NCBI GenBank assembly: GCA_964016885.1
Contig: OZ024745.1
Location: 43,028,001 to 43,092,000, forward strand
Length of the DNA stretch: 64,000 bases
Source: Eledone cirrhosa
Lineage: Eukaryota
Direction: 5' to 3'
Of the stretch, positions 1 through 11,859 are shown one piece after another; within the stretch, counting starts at the first letter, position 1, and each line of letters begins with the position of its first letter. A program made the translations under genes and the position numbers. The notes below the pieces were generated by a model. That model was not told the origin of the DNA, did not search any database, and saw nothing but the letters and a program-made list of their open reading frames with translations.

Positions 1-309
1 TATTTGGTATGCCATGTTACTATGATTAATTTATTCTAGCTTTTTCATCATGCAGCAGTTTAATAAGTTGGTGGACACTTCTGTAGACAATAGCCATTCT
101 GAATGCATCTTAGCAAACAATGCTCATCATTGAATTCATATGTTTTATCCTAACAAGTTTTGGATGCAACAACATGAATATTTTGATTATACAATCGTTG
201 CGATCATGACGGGTGGGGTGGGTGGAATAGAATTCAGAGTTATATTTGTGAGATGGTATTGTATTGATTCCACAGAGTTAAATTCAGAAATCTCCACCAT
301 GTCTATCAT

Positions 310-750
310 ATAAATTGCTTGAAAGAAAACTTTTCATAAGTTTATAATTATTTCAGACTTTAACTTAATTCTAGAAATGAAAGCTTTTTCAATGTTTACA
401 TCTACACAACATTTTAATCATTTTGATCATTAATCATTATCAGGTGTCTTTTAGACATGTAAATAGTAGTTGACTGGATTTAAATTGTGAACTAGAGTAA
501 TAACATCCTCATGTATTATGTTACTGATCTATGTATGTTATTAAAATAATTTTAAAATAAGTGTACTTAGTTTGAATTTATTCTAATACTATGTGCACAT
601 TCAAGAACCAGACACCTGATGACAATTAGAGTTCAAAGGAATCAAAACATTAGTGTATATGTAAATATTGAAACATTCTTCATCTCTAAGGATAAGTTAA
701 TAATCTGAAAAATTATATATACTTTTATAAACATCTCATCTCAAACATTT
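310..750. repeat. Old inverted repeat (~180-bp arms) containing two decayed minimal hammerhead motifs
   Basis: Reverse complement of 387-449 aligns with 610-673 (AGACACCTGAT.A...AAA..TT.GTGTA.ATGTAAA.ATTGAAA), and similarity extends on both sides. Confidence 0.6.
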
Positions 751-1973
751 AGAGGACTTTTCTGCTACTTGTGTTAGCCAGTAATTTCTCTACAGCCTTT
801 AGATAATCTGATGACAGCCAATTCCATATCATTCTTCATGTCCCACATCTTAGGGTTTTGATTTCCAGGATTCTGTAGTTGAACAATATTGAGATGTTTC
901 TTTCAAATCACATGTTCCCGATGATCAGTGAATGTGTCTCTGGTTAGCTCACACATAGTTTCCATCTGCATGAAGGAACATGTCTCACACAGTGATGACT
1001 AGGTACTTCTTGCTTACTATTCTTCTCTAGTCTCAAACTTGTATCCTTTCTTTGCACATTTCAATTTGCAGAGATATTGTTGCCATGTGTTGCAAGGTAC
1101 AAATTCTACCAAAGTATATGGTTAGTACTGTACAGTGAGCTGAGTGCAAAAAAAAAAAAAAAAAAAAAAAACTAACAAAAAACAACATTAAGCTGTCAAC
1201 AAAATTTCAACATCAATATTTCATAACTTCAAAACAATAAATTTGTTAAAACACACTTTTTCAAAATGAAAACATCTGCTAGCTATATCTAAAAGATCCA
1301 ATATCATTCTGCTTCTGGTAGATTATCAGATACATTCTAAAAGGTGGTTGTGCTAACCAACTTGGATGCAACAAAGTACTGGACACATTAAGGCAATGTG
1401 TACAATGTAAGTAAAAAGCACAACATAATGAAACAATATAAAGCACTAATTATCATAAACAATCAAAGATCATTTTACAAAATAAGAAGACAGCTTGGAC
1501 TCTACTTGCAAACAAAGTTGTTCACGTAAGCTTGACAAAAGCAGATGAAAAAATACAAGAATGATAAGAACATTTGTTAAAAGTTCAACTAAATATAATA
1601 ATAATATCACCAGAAAATACTTAACAGAAGCATACAAATTAAAAGACAAGACAAACTTTTAGAAATGGTGTTCAGTCTGGTGGTTACAGATGTAGCTAAC
1701 TTTATTTTTATTTATTTTAAAGATTTAAAATTCTTAATCAATATAGATGCATATTATAAACCTCCTTCTTCAAGCAGTCATCCAGTCAGCAAAGTATCTG
1801 CTGACAAGATATTTTTTATCTGCTCTGTGCCAAATAATTTTAATGCCTTCTGAAATCTGGGAGCAAATATTTAGTTATTCAACTTTGCTACTTCCCTCTA
1901 TGTTAATATCATTATCATTCCACAGATTAGAAAAGTGTCTGTTTTCCTATGAGAACATTCTGTAAAGTCTCCA

Positions 1974-2222
1974 TCATAAATGCACGAGTTTGGATAAGTT
2001 TATATGCCATGGAAGATGTAGAATTTGATATTCCAAGATTGAGACATCAAATGAGAGAAAAGAAACAAAATGTCTTTCTCTTAAACCATTTTTTCTCAGA
2101 TGAAGGGTTATCCCTGAAAATGTCAGATCCATCATCTTCCTATGGCATACACATTTATCCTTACTCATCAACTTCACTTTATAAGTTTTACTGATGTAGA
2201 CCACTATCAGTTTCCTTAAATT
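1974..2222 (-). other. EXD3: Candidate terminal exon of the EXD3-like gene (either ~82 extra codons or 3'UTR)
   Basis: ATACAG acceptor at 2223-2224; phase-0 frame open to a TGA at 1974; unique non-repeat sequence; no recognisable domain. Confidence 0.3.
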
Positions 2223-3559
2223 CTGTATTTTATGTCACAATCACAATATTTTACAAATAGATTTTAAACAGAACAGGAAACAGTAAACATTTTCTTATGC
2301 ATATCTACTATTACTTTTAAAAAAAATCTATTAGTTTGATATTCAGGAAAACTGTATTACTTCAAGAGTTATTCAACTGCATGGTAACTATTAGTAAACT
2401 TTTGCCAAAGTGCACAGTATAATATTATTTCAACTAGAAGTTGACATGAATCTATTATCAACTAGAGTAACTTTAGCTCCTCTGTACCTTATTGAAGAAA
2501 TAAGGATTTAATCAGATGAAGAGAACAAGAAGACATCATAAGTTCTTGTACAGCATAATCATTTTTCAGTTATGAGCCAGATGGGTGATTTGATAACAAA
2601 ATACTTGAAGATGTACAAAGTTAAAAGAAACGAGATGAGTTGACTTTTAGTGAATAATTGTTTGTTGTTAATGGTTAAATAACACAATTTGCAGTAAAAG
2701 TTTAGCACATTTCATAAGATCAACTATTGACTAATAGATTTTTTAAACTGGATATATTTATTTATTATTTGAACAACATATGCATATTCATCAAACAAAC
2801 AAGCCTGTTCAGTAGCATATGGGGTAGATCACCCCTCTAGCTTCTACCCTACATCTTGACACATGACTAGCCCCCATAAATATAATTATTTCAACTATCC
2901 TTACAACATATGATAGCAAGGGATCTTCAATGCAATTACTTGTAGGGTGCATTCAAAAGTGGCTCCTCAACCATAGTAAAGGCAACCTGTCTAAGAGAGC
3001 AGTAACTGAATAAAAACTGACACACTATACAAGGTGCATTTTAGTCTTGTTAGTCAACCTTTCTAGGGTTAGTGGCATGATAAAATGCACCCAGTCCATG
3101 CTGTAAAATGGTTGGAAGGGAGGGCATTAAGCCAATAAAAACATGCCAAAATCATGACAGCCACAAATACAATAAAAAAAGACCTTAATTGTATATACAG
3201 GACTGACACTCACCATGTTAGTGCTGCTCACAGTAGTGGGATAGACAGGTAGGAACATCTGACCATGTGTGAGAACCCCTCGACCGTCATCAAACGATCA
3301 CATCAACTCTCATCCTTTCAGATGCAGAAAACAGACATCAAACAACCCACCCACCAGTGGAAACTTTCCAATTCCTGCCAGGCGCAAAACTTCAGAGCTG
3401 CCACCATCAATGTTGGCACCATGAAAGGTAGGTCTGGTATTATTGTAGAGATGATAGAGTAGAAGTGTTTAGATATGTGCTGTATATAAGAGGTAAGATG
3501 GAGGGGATCCTCAGCCAGAATCCTAACGGGCAAGGAACACAGGTAAAAATTCTTCTGAG

Positions 3560-5120
3560 TGGGCTCTTAGAAAACTGGGTGTTGATGAATGGCTTGTGAG
3601 AGCTATACAAGCCATGTATAAAGAAACAGTCAGCAAGGTTAGAATTAACAACAAATATAGTGAAGAGTTTAGCATAAAAGTTGGTGTTCATCAGGGCTCC
3701 GTTCTTAGCCCCCACCTATTTATTATTGCCCTTCAGGCTATAACAGAGGAGTTCAGGACCGGCTGCCCATGGGAACTCCTATACGCAGATGATCTAATGC
3801 TCATAGCTGAATCAATGGCTGAACTAGAGAAGAAATTCCAAACATGGAAGCATGGCCTAGAATCAAAAGGCCTTAAAATTAACCTGTCTAAGACTAAAGT
3901 TCTAGTTTGTAGGAAGGAAAATAGGGCACCGGTTCCATCTGGGAAATGGCCATGCTCAGTGTGTAGGAAAGGAGTAGGCAGAAACTCCATCTTATGTCCC
4001 AAATGCAAAGGTGGGTGCATAAAAGATGTAGTGGGATCACAGGTAAGCTAACTAAGAACGTATATTTTATATGTGGCCGGTGCTCTGGTGCAATAAGTAG
4101 CAGCAAGTGCCTATAGAATACTAGCTCATTCCATTGCACAGATGGTTCTATAGAAATAGTGGACACCTTCCATTACCTGGGTGACAAAATCAGCAGTGGT
4201 GGAGGGTGCTCTGAAAGTACAGTAGCTAGAGTCAGAATGGGGTGGAAAAAGTTCAGAGAGCTTATACCACTATTGGCCGCTAAAGGGGTCTCTCTAAAAA
4301 TGAAAGGCAGGCTGTATGATGCCTGCATACGAACAGCAATGTTTCATGGCAGTGAGACCTGGGCATTGTGTGCAGAGGATATACGCAGACTGGAGAGGAA
4401 CGAAGCTTGCACGCTCCGCTGGATGTGTAATAGTAATATACGTGAACGGCAAAGCATAAACGAACTAAGGGAGAAATTAGGAATAAGAGGGATCAGATGT
4501 TGTTTACTCGAGAGAAGACTACGTTGGTACGGTCACGTGATGCGCATGAAAGATGACAGCTGTATAAAAAAGTGCAGGGTGATAAAAATAGACGGTAGCC
4601 ACGGAGTAGGCAGACCCAGAAAAACCTGGGACGACTTGATAAATTCCGACATCACACACTTACACCTCTCCAAGACAATGTCACTGGACCGAGACCTTTG
4701 GCGCTACACAGTAATACAGAAGACCCGCCTTGCCTAAATACAAAGCGAAACCTACAGTCAGTAGGAACCTCTAACAAAAATACACCCCCGTCCCACTACC
4801 CCCACCCCATCCACACCACACATTTCAATGTAAAGTTATGTTGGTACCACAACATCCAGTCCGAAACAAATGAGGACGTGTAGGTGTCACGACAAAAAAA
4901 CACACAGTCCACGCTGTAATGTGGCTATGTAGGTAACACGGTAAAAACCTCCCAGTCCACACTGTAAACGTGGTTGGTGTTAGGAAGGGCATCCAGCCGT
5001 AGAAAACCCGCCAGACAGTCCTATACGAGCAAGACAACCAATCTTGCCTCAAGTGGGAAAATTCCCGTCCAAACCCATGCAAGCGTGGAAGATAGACGTT
5101 AAACGATGATGATGATGATG
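3560..5120 (+). mobile_element. 5'-truncated RTE-clade LINE (RT domain, zinc-finger region, 3'UTR, (GAT)n tail)
   Basis: GVHQGSVLSP and LLYADDL RT motifs; RRLRWYGHVMR; GRPRKTW; tail GACGTTAAAC(GAT)n; frameshift and stop near 4010-4120. Confidence 0.95.
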
Positions 5121-5564
5121 GGTAACAGCACTGGGCTGAATGGAGTAGACATACTGTTGGCAGAGAAATGAATAGATAAAGTAGTTGAAGTAGTCAGAGT
5201 ATGTGACAGAATAATTAAGCTTAAACTAGACATAGCTAACAGCACAGCAACCACACTAACTTCAGAAAATCTTCCATCATCCTGATCTTCCATCATCCTA
5301 ATCAGGTGAACATATTAGTCAATTAAACTTCATATACACCAGGAAATGGAATAGACAACTGGTCGTGATTACTAAGATCAGGGACATGAGGTGTTTTGGA
5401 TTGCAAAGCAATCAAAATATTAGGGAAAGGTTGCTGTCACTGATGCTGAGAAGAAAGAGGCATGGAAATGTTATTATGAGTCGTAAAAAATGTTTAGTCG
5501 ACCCATTATAGGCATAAACAATTGAAGTTGACAGCTAGATAGTTGCAAATGCCATTAAGGATAT

Positions 5565-5948
5565 AATAATAATAATAATAATAATAATGAAATTATTGTG
5601 TACAGTGCTCAGGTGCACTACAACTCATCAAAGGTGCATGTATAGTACATAGAATAATGTACAAATGTCAGGAAAATGAACAGTGTATGAGTCATGATAT
5701 AATAACAATAACAATAATGAAATATTGTGTACAGTGCCCAGGTGCACCACAACTCATCAAAAAAGTGCATGTACAGTACATAGGGCAATGCACAAACATC
5801 AGTAAAATGAAAAGTGCACGAGTCATGATACACACATGTGTGCATGTGTATGGAAGGGGTACATCAGGTGTAGTTTTGGCGTATTTCGGGAAGCATGAGT
5901 GTCTTAAAGGATGCAGTGTCTCGGCAGCTAACAATTGACGCAGGCAAG
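5565..5948 (-). mobile_element. CR1/L2-group LINE 3' end with duplicated tail
   Basis: Reverse complement matches the 3' end of the element at 55745-56590; AGTGC-ACCTGA-GCACT stem-loop followed by (ATT)n, present twice. Confidence 0.8.
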
Positions 5949-6859
5949 TCAGTTGAATCATCAGGGTTGCTGAAAACATTCAGTGAAGTAGGGCATGTAC
6001 TTGTCATTTGTGTAGCCAATCAGGTAGTGCAGGAAGGTGTCATGCCCAATGACTGGTGTGGCAGTATCATTATCAACAACTACAAAAGCATGCAATTTAG
6101 ATTTGTACCATGGATGCCCTCTTCCTATTGAAATGAAAGCAGAAGTTCTTAGCTAAGAGCACATTACAAAGGTATGTAGTTTATATTTATACCATTACTG
6201 GGTGTCACCAATCCCCTTTTCCTAGTAAGAAAACTACAAAAGTTCTTAGCAAAGTGTAAACCATTATAGCTAGCACTCATTAATTTGGAGTAGGTACTAG
6301 CCTCTGTAGTCTTATATTAAGAAAGCTGGCTGTAACTGAATAATGAATGGTTAGTGAGAGCCATGCAAATCGTACAGAGTGGCTACTAGCAAGGTGAAAG
6401 CAACAATCAGTGCAGATAAGTATCCATCAAGGCTTGGTTCTCAAGTGTGATACTGCATGGTAGTGAAATATGGGCATTGAATGGAGAGGATGTGTAAAGG
6501 CTGGTCAGTGTAATGTTAGTACACATGAATGAATGAGCACAAATGAGAGAAAAACTGGCCATAAGAGGAATTAGATGTCATGTACAAGAGAGAAGACTTT
6601 ACTGATACAGACATGTGATGCATGTGGAGGATAATAAATGAGTAAAGAAATGCTAAATAGAAAATGTGAAAGGAACTTGCAGATGAAAAAGACCAAGATA
6701 TGGGAAGAAGTGGTAGAAATCTGATCTCAAGAGGATGAATCTCATGAAGAAAATGACAAAGGATCATAAGTAGCACGATGTTATGCTAGAGTATGGCTTG
6801 TAAGTATGGCAAAAATGGATGTAAAATGATAAATGACATTAAAGTTACTTTTCACTTAC

Positions 6860-6873
6860 CACAAACTTTTATG
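6860..6873 (-). CDS. EXD3: Candidate 14-nt microexon of the EXD3-like gene (HKSL + TG)
   Basis: TTTTGACTTGTTCTAG acceptor and GTAAGTG donor flank CATAAAAGTTTGTG; no homology support. Confidence 0.35.
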
Positions 6874-7159
6874 CTAGAACAAGTCAAAAGCAATTTTTAA
6901 ACATATTAAATGTGTCATAGTAGAGCTGAAGGTTTTTTTTTTATATCTGTTTTATATCTGTTGAGTTACATTATAGCTTGAATCTAAGGTTAAAAATTTA
7001 TGTTGGAGCTTGTTTTTACAGCTGCACTCTCTTTCTACAATCAATCCTTTAAGTAAGAATAGAAGTAGAGAAATATACAACTAACAGAGCTTATTTGGAA
7101 AAGTATAAATTATTTAATTATATGAAAGTAAAGAGATCTTATGTAGTACCATTAACAGA

Positions 7160-7349
7160 GGGTGGTGAATTGGCAGTAACGGTAGAGGGTTGGATGCCAT
7201 GCTTTCTAGCATAGTTACATCCCTTTACAGTCTGAGTTCAAATCCCGTCAAGGTTAACTTTGCCTTTCATCCTTACGGGGTCGATAAAATAAAGTACCAG
7301 TAATGTACTGGGTTATTGCTGGCCTTGTGCCTAAAGTAGAAACAATTAT
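7160..7349 (+). mobile_element. tRNA-derived SINE with Meta domain
   Basis: A box TGGCAGTAACGG, B box GAGTTCAAATCC, then GCCTTTCATCCTTACGGGGTCGATAAAATAAAGTACCAG; near-identical copy at 35400-35588. Confidence 0.8.
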
Positions 7350-8014
7350 CAGTATATGATACATTAGAGTTCAGAGTGAATTAAATCCTAGAAGAAAAGG
7401 CTTCTCTTACTTAGCTTATAGTACAATCAACAACGGCAATGTTATCATCATCATCATCATCATCATCATCACTGTTTTATATCTATTTTCTATGTTTGCA
7501 TGGGTTAGACAGGTTGTCATGTTTTGAGGCTAGGCAGGTTAGATGACTGTGGCTTGCTCATACATCCCATTCTGGCATGGCTTCTATGGCTGTATGTCCT
7601 GCCTAATACCAACCACTTTATAGTGTGTACTAGGCACATTTTATCATGCATGACACAGCAATTATCACCAGACAGGGTGGACTGGATGCTTTTTATTGTG
7701 GCACTACCACTTTACAGTGGGAGCTGTGTGCATTTTAACATGGCACTAGTATTACCAGTTTTCAATATTAAGATGTTTGTTGCATATATTTAAAGTTAAA
7801 TGCTTCTGTAATCCCATAGTCTAACTTATTCTGAAATTATAACATATCCTTATGGATTACTTTGGTCTGCTTATTTTAAAACTATAATAACTTAAATAAT
7901 TGACTGACTTTTTCACCATCATACCATTAAGGACACATATGTAGACAAACACATAACATATATTCATTAGCAAACATATTTGGCTTAAACAATTTAACAA
8001 TGCAATATAGTTAC

Positions 8015-8151
8015 CTCTTGCGGATCATCACAATCACTATCTATTCTGTTTAGAACACCACTTGAGGTATGTGAGTTAACCATATCAGATGAATCTTCAC
8101 CATTGTGTAAGTTAACTTTATGGAGCTGTAACAACACATAGGCATCTAATG
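8015..8151 (-). CDS. EXD3: EXD3-like exon completing Exo III, (A)LDAYVLLQLHKVNLHNGEDSS...DDPQE
   Basis: YAALDA completed across the splice junction; 137 nt, phase 1->0. Confidence 0.88.
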
Positions 8152-9110
8152 CTGCAATGATGAATCATTTGAACATTTCAACAATGATAAATAAAAATGA
8201 ATAACAAATCAAACGCTACTAACATTTGCAATTCCCCATACATTATCAATCACCATCATCATCATTTAACATCCAGTTTCCCTCCTAGAAATACAATTAA
8301 ACAGTTAATTTAAGTACCCCTATCTAGCAGCTAAGGCACATCTGGTCAAACTATGGCTAAAGAATTAGTCCAATTTACCTAGTTAAAAGTTGATATCACC
8401 ACTGTAAGCAACAGCAATCTTCAAATACTTGTTAATCATATAATAATTAACAATTATTTGAACATTATTGTTCTGAGGAACACAATATAAATGAACAAAT
8501 TAATGGATTTGAATCATATGAAAGTGAAAAAAAAGGGAAATTTGCAGTTCACACCTATAGATGTGTAGCTGGCCTCCTATGAGGTTGTATCTCACAGGTT
8601 TCTTTGATGTTTTAATGATAGGGTTCCCAGTCCTATCACAAAAATCAATGTGTCTTTCTCAAGAATACAACGCACTGCCTGGTCCAGCCTTATAAACATG
8701 AGACCAACACCCTAACATCTAGACCGGGCCGTTTCGGAGCTCCAGGGAGGCGCTGGAAGCCCCTTTAGTTTGGTAAGTTTTATAAGTCATATTTGTACGT
8801 CTCTTAGACAGCCAGTGTGAATGCATTTGAATGAAGAAAACAAATAAAATAAATAAAAGCTTGTCAACGAATTCCCTAGGGAGATAAAAGAAAAACAAAA
8901 GAAACAAAGAAAATGAAAATAAGGACAACGTCAACCTTGACAATAGTTACAAGAACAACTTCAACAGAAATGACAACAAAAAGAAGCAATGGTGGTGAAA
9001 CACACACACACACATGCATACACACTTAAATATAAATGCATGTATATATATACAAATGTATAAATACATAGCTATATGCATATGTAAATGTATGTATGTA
9101 GATTTATATA

Positions 9111-9448
9111 TTTCATTCATTTCATTTTACGTCAGCTTTTTCCCTGCTTGCAAGGGTGGGACGGGAACTGATTCTGGCTTGATTTCTACAGCTGGATGCC
9201 CTTCCTAACACCAACCTCATTTACAGTGAGTGCTGGGTGCTTTTTTGCCGTGGCACCTCCACAACCACTTTGCAGTGGAATGATAGGGACCCCAGTCCCT
9301 ATCATCTCATTTCTACAGCTGAGTAAACTGGAGCAATGTGAAATAAAGTGTCTTGTTCAAGGAAACAACACATCACCCAGTCTGAGTATTGAACTCACAA
9401 CCTTTCGATTGCAAAACCAATGCTCTAACCACTAAGCCATGTCCCTCC
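9111..9448 (-). mobile_element. tRNA/CORE SINE with RTE-derived 3' tail
   Basis: TGGCTTAGTGG A box, GAGTTCAAT B box, CCTTGAACAAGACACTT core; tail shared with the RTE 3'UTR; further copies at 19905-20283, 51598-52034, 62858-63193. Confidence 0.85.
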
Positions 9449-9464
9449 ATATATATATACATAT

Positions 9465-9536
<72 letters not shown>

Positions 9537-9652
9537 TTATATGATTCGCTAAGGTGAAAAGAATACTAGCTATAGACAATGGGATTTGCCAGACTCAATT
9601 TAAGAATAAATCAAGAAAATAAATAGAAACCGGAAATGTGGTAACTACCAAT

Positions 9653-9732
9653 CACCGAGGCAGCTTTGGTAATGCTGTTTTGCAAAATTAATTGTGAAGA
9701 GGTATACCAATTCTTGCTCATCAGTGGGTGAA
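9653..9732 (-). ncRNA. Second, mutated hammerhead copy in the inverted arm
   Basis: Reverse complement reads TCACCCA CTGATGA GCAAGAATT...TTTTGC AAAA CAGC ATTACCAAA GCTG CC TCGGTGA; GAAA has become AAAA. Confidence 0.7.
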
Positions 9733-9978
9733 GAATTAGTATCCTGGACACTTCTAAGTACATTAAAAAACTGAATAGTCTGCGTATATATAATAACGCA
9801 CATGGTATCTGGGTGATTGGTAGTTACCACAATTCCGGTTTGTATTTATTTTCTTGATTTATTCTTAAATTGAGTCTGGCAAACCCTATTGTCTGTAGTT
9901 AGTATTCTTTTCACCTTAGCGAATTTGGTCCCTTACGATTTGAACACATATATGTATATATCTGTGTTCGTTTTTCTT

Positions 9979-10903
9979 GGGTGACAAAATCAGCAGTGGG
10001 GGAGGGTGCTCTGAAAGTACAGTAGCTAGAGTCAGAACTGGATGGAAAAAGTTCAGAGAGCTTATACCACTATTAGCCGCTAAAAATGAAAGGCACGTTG
10101 TATGATGCCTGCATGTGAACAGCAATGTTGCATGGCAGTGAGACCTGGGCATTGTGTGCAGAGGATATACGCAGACTAGAGAGGAACGAAGCTTGCATGC
10201 TCCGCTGGATGTGTAATAGTAATATACGTGAACGGCAAAGCATAAACGAACTAAGGGAAAAATTAGAAATAAGAGGGATCAGATGTTGTTTATTCGAGAG
10301 AAGGCTACGTTGGTATGGTCACGTGATGCGCATGAAAGACGACAGCTGTATAAAAAAGTGCAGGGCAATAAAGATAGACGGTAGCCACGGAGTAGGCAGA
10401 CCCAGAAAAACCTGGGACGACCTGATAAATTCCGACCTCACACACTTACACCTCTCCAAGACAATGTGACTGGACCTAGATCTTTGGCGGTACTCAGTAA
10501 TAGAGAAGACCCGCCTTGCCTAAATACAAAGTAAACCTACTACAGTCAGTAGGCATCTCTAACAAAATACGCCCCCGTCACACCACCCCCACCGCCTCTT
10601 TCAATGTAAAGTTACGTTGGTGCCACAACATCCAGGCCGAAACAAATGAGATCGTGTAGGTGTCACGACAAAAAACACACAGTCCACGCTGTAATGTGGC
10701 CGTGTAGGCAACACGGTAAAAACCTCCCAGTCCCACACTGTAAATGTGGTTGGTGTTAGGAAGGGCATCCAGCTGTAGAAAACCCACCAGACAGTCCTAT
10801 GCGAGCAAGACAACCACTCTTGCCTCAAGTGGGAAAACTCACGTCCAAACCCATGCAAGCGTGGAACATGGACGTTAAACGATGATGATGATGATGATGA
10901 TGA
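9979..10903 (+). mobile_element. 5'-truncated RTE LINE inserted into the hammerhead element
   Basis: Close match to 4178-5120; MLHGSETW and RRLRWYGHVMR motifs; (GAT)n tail. Confidence 0.93.
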
Positions 10904-11163
10904 TTCAATTATAATATACGGCTTGGAAAAATCTCTTTCCTTATAAGAGACTATTTTGAGTTTCTAACTCAATATATACCTTTGATATATTCGGCTCCGT
11001 TAATTTGTTGAGCAAATTCAAATGTCGAGTAAACCTGGCTGCTATTTTTAGTGGTGTGAGTTTGTGAGACACGCTAAGCTCAGATACCATGTGCGTTATT
11101 ATATAAACGCACACTATTCAGTTTTTTAATATACTTAGAAGTGACCAGGATACTAATAATTCT

Positions 11164-11243
11164 TCACCCACTGATGAGCAAGAATTGGTATTCCTCTTCA
11201 CAATTAATTTTGCGAAACAGCATTATCAAAGCTGCCTGGGTGA
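11164..11243 (+). ncRNA. Type I hammerhead ribozyme with GCC cleavage-triplet variant
   Basis: Stem I TCACCCA/TGGGTGA; CTGATGA 11171-11177; stem II GCAAGA.../...TTTTGC; GAAA 11214-11217; stem III CAGC/GCTG; predicted cleavage after C11236. Confidence 0.85.
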
Positions 11244-11599
11244 TTGGTAGTTACCACAATTCCAGTTTGTATTTATGTTCTTGATTTATTCTTAAATTGA
11301 GTCTGGCAAACCCTATTGTCTATAGTTAGTATTCTTTTCACCTTAGTGAATCTGGTCCCTTGCGATTTGAACACATATATGTATATGTCTGTGTTCGTTT
11401 TTCTTTTATATTCAATTATAATATACGGCTCGGAAAAATCTCTTTCCTAGAGCTATTTTATTGTAAGAGACTATTTTAAGTTTCTAACTCAATATATACC
11501 TTTGATATATATATATATATATATATAAATCTACATACATACTTATATATATATATATATAAAAATCTACATACATACATACATATATATATATAAATC

Positions 11600-11631
<32 letters not shown>

Positions 11632-11771
11632 CATTCATACATTTACGTATGTATATAGCTATGCATTTATACATTTGTATCTATACATGCGTTTATATTT
11701 AAGTGTGTAAGGATATATATATATATATATATCATTATCACCTTCGTTTAATGTCCATCTTCCATGCTAGC

Positions 11772-11812
<41 letters not shown>

Positions 11813-11825
11813 ATATATATATTAT

Positions 11826-11859
<34 letters not shown>

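Larger units (their letters stand above)
3030..6800 (+). mobile_element. Old, heavily deleted RTE LINE (APE and RT remnants) hosting two younger insertions
   Basis: TINVGTMKGRS APE start (3400-3560) resumes after 5120 as GNSTGLNGVDILLAEK.IDKVVEVVRVCDRII; RT remnants 5950-6800. Confidence 0.7.
9544..11510 (+). mobile_element. Non-autonomous hammerhead-bearing retroelement (retrozyme or mini-Penelope-like), interrupted by an RTE
   Basis: Inverted arm 9544-9811 matches the reverse complement of ~11081-11351; direct repeats 9810-9978 plus 10903-10990 versus 11237-11510; no ORF; embedded in (TA)n. Confidence 0.78.

Noticed and set aside
800-830. Isolated CTGATGA motifs (also near 17618 and 36051)
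   Set aside because: No correctly spaced GAAA or closing stems
750-2200. Decayed coding sequence such as a MUT7-C remnant
   Set aside because: Looks coding-like in patches but has multiple stops and no recognisable motif
7160-7260. tRNA gene
   Set aside because: A and B boxes are followed by the Meta domain and recur many times, so these are SINE heads
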